From a virus (lineage: Duplodnaviria; Caudoviricetes): a DNA stretch of 64,000 nucleotides. Below the pieces are notes generated by a model. It was not told the origin of the DNA. It saw nothing but the letters and a program-made list of their open reading frames with translations, and searched no databases. Positions 58,901 to 64,000 of this stretch are shown here, piece after piece; position 1 is the first letter of the stretch; each line of letters starts with the position of its first letter. Location of the stretch: positions 1 to 64,000 of IMG/VR virus record IMGVR_UViG_3300021426_000006. One strand, written 5' to 3'. Position numbers and translations under genes: made by a program.

Positions 58901-61900
58901 CAGCCATTTTATATAGATCCAGGTGATCGGCCGCTTCGTCTTGGAACTTTTGTTGATTGTTTCTGGTACTTACAACCCATTTAAACCAATCAACGAAAGG
59001 CTTAGCTTTCTTCGCAAACTTAGAGTTGTCACCAAACTTATCTGTTCCGTCTGATACATCTCCTGCCAGATCGTCTGGATCTGGGTATATCATCTCGAAC
59101 GCGCGTTCCCATTTATACCGTTTTTCCGAAGAACCTTCTTCGTTTGAAGCATACTCTGTTTCATCGAATCCGTCAGAAGTCATATATGATGAATACATGT
59201 TGTTTGACTCAACGACTTCTATGCGCAAAACGTTACCGTTGTCCCAAATCTTATTTTCAGACTTATCGTCGCTTTTGTGAGTAGTAGTTAAACAGAATGG
59301 GTCTTGTTGTACTTTGTATATGCTGCGTTCTCCATACAAGAAATCAGATTTCTTATCATCCATAAACACGTATTGGCCCAAGAATGTTTGTGTGTCGTCG
59401 TTTACATTCTGATAAAATACAGCGCATGGAATTGAATCTGGAGACACTCTTAGTTCATATGGAAAATCGCTGTTTGGAAAATAGTCATTCCACACAGAAT
59501 CTAAGTTATACAAATCCTTTTGGTCCGATGGTATACTGGTGAATAATTGCGGTTCTGTACGAAGCTTATACTGGTCGTCTATTTCCGCATTATACCAGCT
59601 AGACTATATAAGTCTTTCCAAACCTCCGTTATGTACGCCAGACGAGTCTGCATAGTTTGCTTGAAATACGAACTTGTTGGAAGGTATAGAGTTATCTTTC
59701 ATCCTATACCTATTTTTATTAAGAGGTAATGGATCTTGTGGAGCTATTTCAAAAGTAGGAATCGCTGTAGAAGTAGATTTGTTAAACCACACTTTCATTG
59801 AAGGTATAGGATAGTTTAACGTACTCTGTCCATGCTTCCTTATCTATATGTTGTTTATCTTAAAGTTTTTTGTAGAATCGTATGGACAGGTTCTTTCCAG
59901 TGTTACTTCTGATACAGAATCTTCTTTCTTCGCCTATTGATTCAAAATGTTTGAAAGATCTCCAGATATTAAGAACGTATCTATTTTGCTCTTACACAAC
60001 TCGTAACTTATCTTGTCGCCTACTCCTAGTATATTGTTGTTGTCGTATATTTCGACCTTGTTGTTGCTATCAAACACGTAGTTGTTATATGCTTGTGTGT
60101 ATGTTATAGCATAGTTGTATATGCGCATGTTATACACTCTTACACCCGAAGCAGATCCTCCTATTTTTATACCTCCTAAACTATTGTATGTTCCTCCTGC
60201 AGCATAGCTAGCACGTTCTAATATACCGTTGTTTACAATATAAGCCAAATTTGCTTCTTTTCCAGCAGAGTTACTACTGTTTATTATAAAAGCAAGTTTT
60301 AGTCTTTCGTTAGATTTATAGTTTGTATGAACAACCTCTTCGTTTGCATTGTTATACAGGGTAGCTGTGGTAGGAGTAATCTCGATTCTTGCTTGGTTTT
60401 CGGATCCTATTTTGATAAGTACGTCATTGTCGTTGACTACCTTCTCTGTTTCGAATTCTACTTCAATGGTTTTTCCATCTGTGTTAATATCAAACCCAGC
60501 AAACGGATTGTGATTCGCAACTGCATATTCTCCAGTACCGCAAGTTCTGAAACTGTTTTCGTACCACCCTGAATTTGCGTTCCATTGTATACCTGTAAAG
60601 TTTACAGGTACTCCGTTTTGAGAATCTTCCCAAGTGGAATTATCTGTACTACTATTGGTTTTACCAAAGGCAGAAAGCTTGAACACATAAGAACCTGTTT
60701 CGCTTACATTAAAGTCATTATTTCGAGTTATATGAATGGGTATCCGCAACAGTTCTACATTGTTGTATTGTGCAGACAAAAACGTCAACGGCTGTGATTC
60801 TTCATCGTATTCGGAATATATTTCAGGAATGTATTGCAGATCTGGTGACTTTGTTTGCGTGTTTGCAGTAATCGTAGACAGTACTGTTGGATTTTGGTCT
60901 TCACTATCTTTGTATAGTTTCCAAGTAATTGTCAGTTTAGAATCACTTTGTTGGGCATCTGTATAATAACCCCAAGAAAGCTGTTGCTACATGTACTGCT
61001 GAGCAGTAAGTATCAACGAATTGAACGGAAATACGCCGCTGTCGAATGATGTAGATATTGGTATAAACTTTTCTACAGATATTTCCGGGTTAGCTATTAC
61101 AAATGTATAGTATAACAGATTACTGTTTATTACAGTACCCCCATCGTTATATGAAGATTGTGAATATATCTGCAGTGTATGTTTACCAGGCGCCAAATTA
61201 AACGCTATGGTTTTTTCTGTATTTATTTTTACACCACTATTTGCCAGTACATCGGTTGTATATATTTCCTACGTATTTGTTCCGCTGTCTATAACAAAAT
61301 AAACTTTTGCTGAACCGCTGTCATCATTTCTTTCAAAGAAGCATGGTATTCGTACAGAACTCCCGCTTGTATATTTATCGTAGAATTTAAAATCGCTGGA
61401 TACATTTAATTGTAACACAACTATATTAAAATACGCAGAATTTCTTGCACCGCTTTCTGTGCCTCTACCGGATATTGTTATTGTATTCTTTCCAGCCTTT
61501 AGATAATTGTATATGCTAAAATCAACAACATCTCCTTTATTATACCACCTGGTAAACGTGTTTGTCTTACCAGTAGATTCGTTGACTATTGTATATGTTA
61601 CAGCAAGTCCTTCTGAAGATTCTCCTTCATCATTATAAATACTCCAACTATATTGTATTCTCGCTCCTATATTGTTGATGTCTCCCTGTCTTATATATTT
61701 GTTAGAATTGTCTAATCCAGCAAACGTCAGCTTATAGTCGCTCGGTCTAACAAAACTAAAAAGCTCTAACTCTGAATTATCGGAAGGATTTTCAGCCCAC
61801 AGTTCATACGCCCGCTCGCTAGAGAACATCCTGTATTTATTGTTTGTTATATCCTCTTTTAAAACAAACGGCCGCTTAAGTCTGTCTTGTAATAATTGCC

Positions 61901-62012
61901 GGATTGATGCTCCGGATACTTGTTTTTTATCTGTTACGTCTTGTCCAGTGAAAGAATTAATACCTGTGATCCAATCCGTAAATTCGTCTATTACACCATT
62001 ATATAAATCCAT
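55989..62012 (-). CDS. Large tail-fibre-like protein with LamG-like, CotH-kinase-like and LRR regions (~2007 aa, TAG=Gln)
   Basis: Seven fragments in one frame; TAA at 55989; KTIEVEFET...IKIGG...VRVYNMRIYN (LamG-like); GQYVFMDDK, VDSMERN and WDMDIALG (CotH-like); C-terminal LRR (PNLEVLSLSGCTGL). The start could instead be the TTG at 62036. Confidence 0.75.
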
Positions 62013-62023
62013 TGTATTTACTT

Positions 62024-62197
62024 TTAATCTGCCCAAGGCGTGTTATCTGTCCAAGGATACTAATCTACCCAGTATCCGTTATAAAAACTCGAAAGTATTA
62101 TACTAGGCCATATTTTTTGGCCGTACCAATATACAGCAATTACTGGAGTTGTTTTTGCGTATATAGCAGTAACATCTTTATTTCTAAACTTCAGCAT
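62024..62197 (-). CDS. Small Trp-rich hypothetical protein (~57 aa, one TAG); absent from the ORF track
   Basis: MLKFRNKDVTAIYAKTTPVIAVYWYGQKIWP...GYWVD*YPWTDNTPWAD-TAA. Confidence 0.65.
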
Positions 62198-62214
62198 TGT
62201 GTATAATATTTATG

Positions 62215-63546
62215 TTATACAGCCCAAGGACCGTAGTTACTCGTTTTAGCCCAGTTTATGAAAGTAATAATATCGCTTGCGTTACAAGTGTTTGAACCAA
62301 CTTTAATCTCTATTTCCGAATCAGCCTTGAGTTTTATTGTATTTTCTGATTCTAGATTTAACCCTGTAGTCTATTTTCTAAACTTAACCCAAGTATAATC
62401 GCTAGGCGATGACGGATTTTCAATATCGGATACTTTCAACCAGAATTCTGCTTTATCGCTTAAACTGTTCGCATAATCTGTAAAATAATCTTCTGTTGTG
62501 ATTTGCATGTTATATGTAAGATCGTCTAAAGTATAATACTCTCCTACATTAAATGTTTCCAACCAAATTTCATCAGCTTCTGATGGAGTTGTCTGTTCAT
62601 CATTGGATTTATCTATAACCACGTAAACAGTCTAGGTAGCAATTTCTAAATTACCCTTTTTAGTAATCTTTGCAGATGTTCCTGCTCCATTCAAAGCAGA
62701 AGCTGTTTCTATTATACTCTTGGTTGTAGCCGTCGGATCAGTATTATCAATGTTGTCATAGAAATCATCCGCAGCTTTAACATACTTGTACGAAGTAGTT
62801 GCGTCTGTAGCATCTGCCTTATCTGAAGGAACTTTAGTACGTGTTGACATCTTCCATACACCATCCTTATTAAAACGATATTCGTCTGTGAATATAGATG
62901 TCTTTTCAGTATTAAACGTACCGAACTCCAAACCGTCTCCGCCGCCATGCTCAAACTTAATCTTATTCATATGGTTGTCTGAGTCATATCCTTTTGGCTG
63001 CAATGCGATACCTCCGTGTGATTCTGATCTGAGATCGATAGCCTGTGCGCGAACCTTAAGATAACCTCTCGTGTTCTTTGCAGAGTTTACTGTAACGTCC
63101 ATCACGTTCGCATTATTACCCACTTTATCTTTTGTGGTAAGCAATATCTCAGATGCATTTAGCTGAAGTTTTGTTGGAATTTCGTCGTTTTCACTCTCCG
63201 TCAATACTTTTACAGACACTTCGTCATTTTTTGAAGTGCCTCTATGATGTGCCCAAAGTTCAATATCGTCTCCTGGTTTAAGCGCGATATTGCCGCCCTT
63301 TGCATTTGTAGCATCGCTAGCCTTACCTTCACCAGTACCAATAGCCTCACGAGGTTCAATATTTATATTGTTACTTCCTCTCAGTGTTACGTTTACACCG
63401 TTTGTTTTAGTGGTGTACTGTATGTTGCCAGTCTCTTCATTTAGAAGGTTGTCTATCTTTTCAGCAACTTCTGGGGCAACTTGACCAACATCATAAGTTC
63501 CAGTTACATTACCGGATTGATCTTTAACTTGTATTTTTTTAATCAT
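62215..63546 (-). CDS. Putative fibre/structural protein (~443 aa, TAG=Gln)
   Basis: Fragments at 62632 and 62371 are in one frame; TAA at 62215; beta-repeat-like GNIALKPG / GGIALQPKG segments. Confidence 0.7.
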
Positions 63547-63920
63547 GATATTATTAATATTTCGTTATCTACAATACCTGTTGTTATAAGTACATCTCCT
63601 TCCACATATCCGTTTAAAGATTGTAGTATATCGTCGTCTGTAGAAGGTTCATCTGGTATTACTGGTTCGTCTGGTGTATCAGGCTCTCCAGAATCGTCTT
63701 CTACAATAAAATATAAAACGTCATCGTATGATTCTAAATTATTGTAATCAGACTAGCTTAATATTACGTTGGATGAATTGCCATTAAACATCACACCGTG
63801 TGTCCATATGGATTTTATATCCTTTATAAAAACTATAGACTTTTCATCCAACTTATTTTCCTATAAAGCTTTATCGAAAGAAGTTTTTGTATTAAAAAAT
63901 ACTTTGCTGTTCTTAATCAT
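63543..63920 (-). CDS. Hypothetical fibre-associated protein (~125 aa, 2 TAG); absent from the ORF track
   Basis: MIKNSKVFFNTKTSF...SIVFIKDIKSIWTHG...; Pro/Asp linker; ATGA overlap with the gene starting at 63546. Confidence 0.68.
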
Positions 63921-63935
63921 TATACAGTCTATTAA

Positions 63936-64000
63936 TTACTTTTCTTTCAAAATAACATCTGTAATACCTTCCTTGCGATAATCTCCTTCTCCTTCGTGAC
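63936..64000 (-). CDS. 3' end of a gene truncated by the right window edge
   Basis: Open frame ...HEGEGDYRKEGITDVILKEK-TAA. Confidence 0.45.
   Translation of the reverse strand, partial: HEGEGDYRKEGITDVILKEK

Noticed and set aside
438-63920. Massive pseudogenisation or sequencing errors as the cause of the fragmented ORFs
   Set aside because: Fragments never change frame and break at TAG, and essential motifs (TerL, portal, RNAP) are intact, so recoding explains the pattern.
607-63981. The many short plus-strand ORFs in the track (e.g. 607-948, 21937-22299, 49702-50142)
   Set aside because: They are antisense shadows of continuous minus-strand genes, with Phe/Ser/Ile-rich composition and no recognisable motifs.

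Overview
The window is the virion/late-gene block of a crAss-like phage (Crassvirales; the major capsid protein and gene order suggest the delta group/Suoliviridae; probable Bacteroidota host, inferred). The supplied ORF track is misleading because TAG is reassigned to a sense codon, almost certainly Gln (code 15). Consecutive minus-strand fragments share one frame and are separated by TAG, whereas the real gene ends I traced are TAA or TGA. Re-read this way, the minus strand runs right to left as follows: tail-fibre-like genes (including a ~2000-aa CotH-kinase-like/LamG/LRR protein and an LRR protein); a non-coding leader with an anticodon-less tRNA-like element; a six-gene uncharacterised module; putative TerS; GH108 endolysin; TerL; portal; a zincin-motif virion protein; scaffold; MCP; ring proteins; auxiliary capsid protein; holin and spanin; IHF-like protein; ring proteins; muzzle; and four cargo proteins. 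One cargo protein is a ~5977-aa virion RNA polymerase (DFDID motif) with zincin motifs and a C-terminal SLOG/macro-like/NADAR array. One plus-strand gene converges from the left edge onto a hairpin terminator. The most notable candidates are (i) the tRNA-like element and AUG-sequestering leader in front of the unknown module, (ii) NAD/ADP-ribose-type domains carried on the injected RNAP, and (iii) a cluster of GNA-triloop repeats at 37.4-37.6 kb. Gene boundaries were derived by hand (frame arithmetic plus reading of termini). Not every internal codon of the giant genes was checked, and all family assignments come from motif recognition, not database searches.
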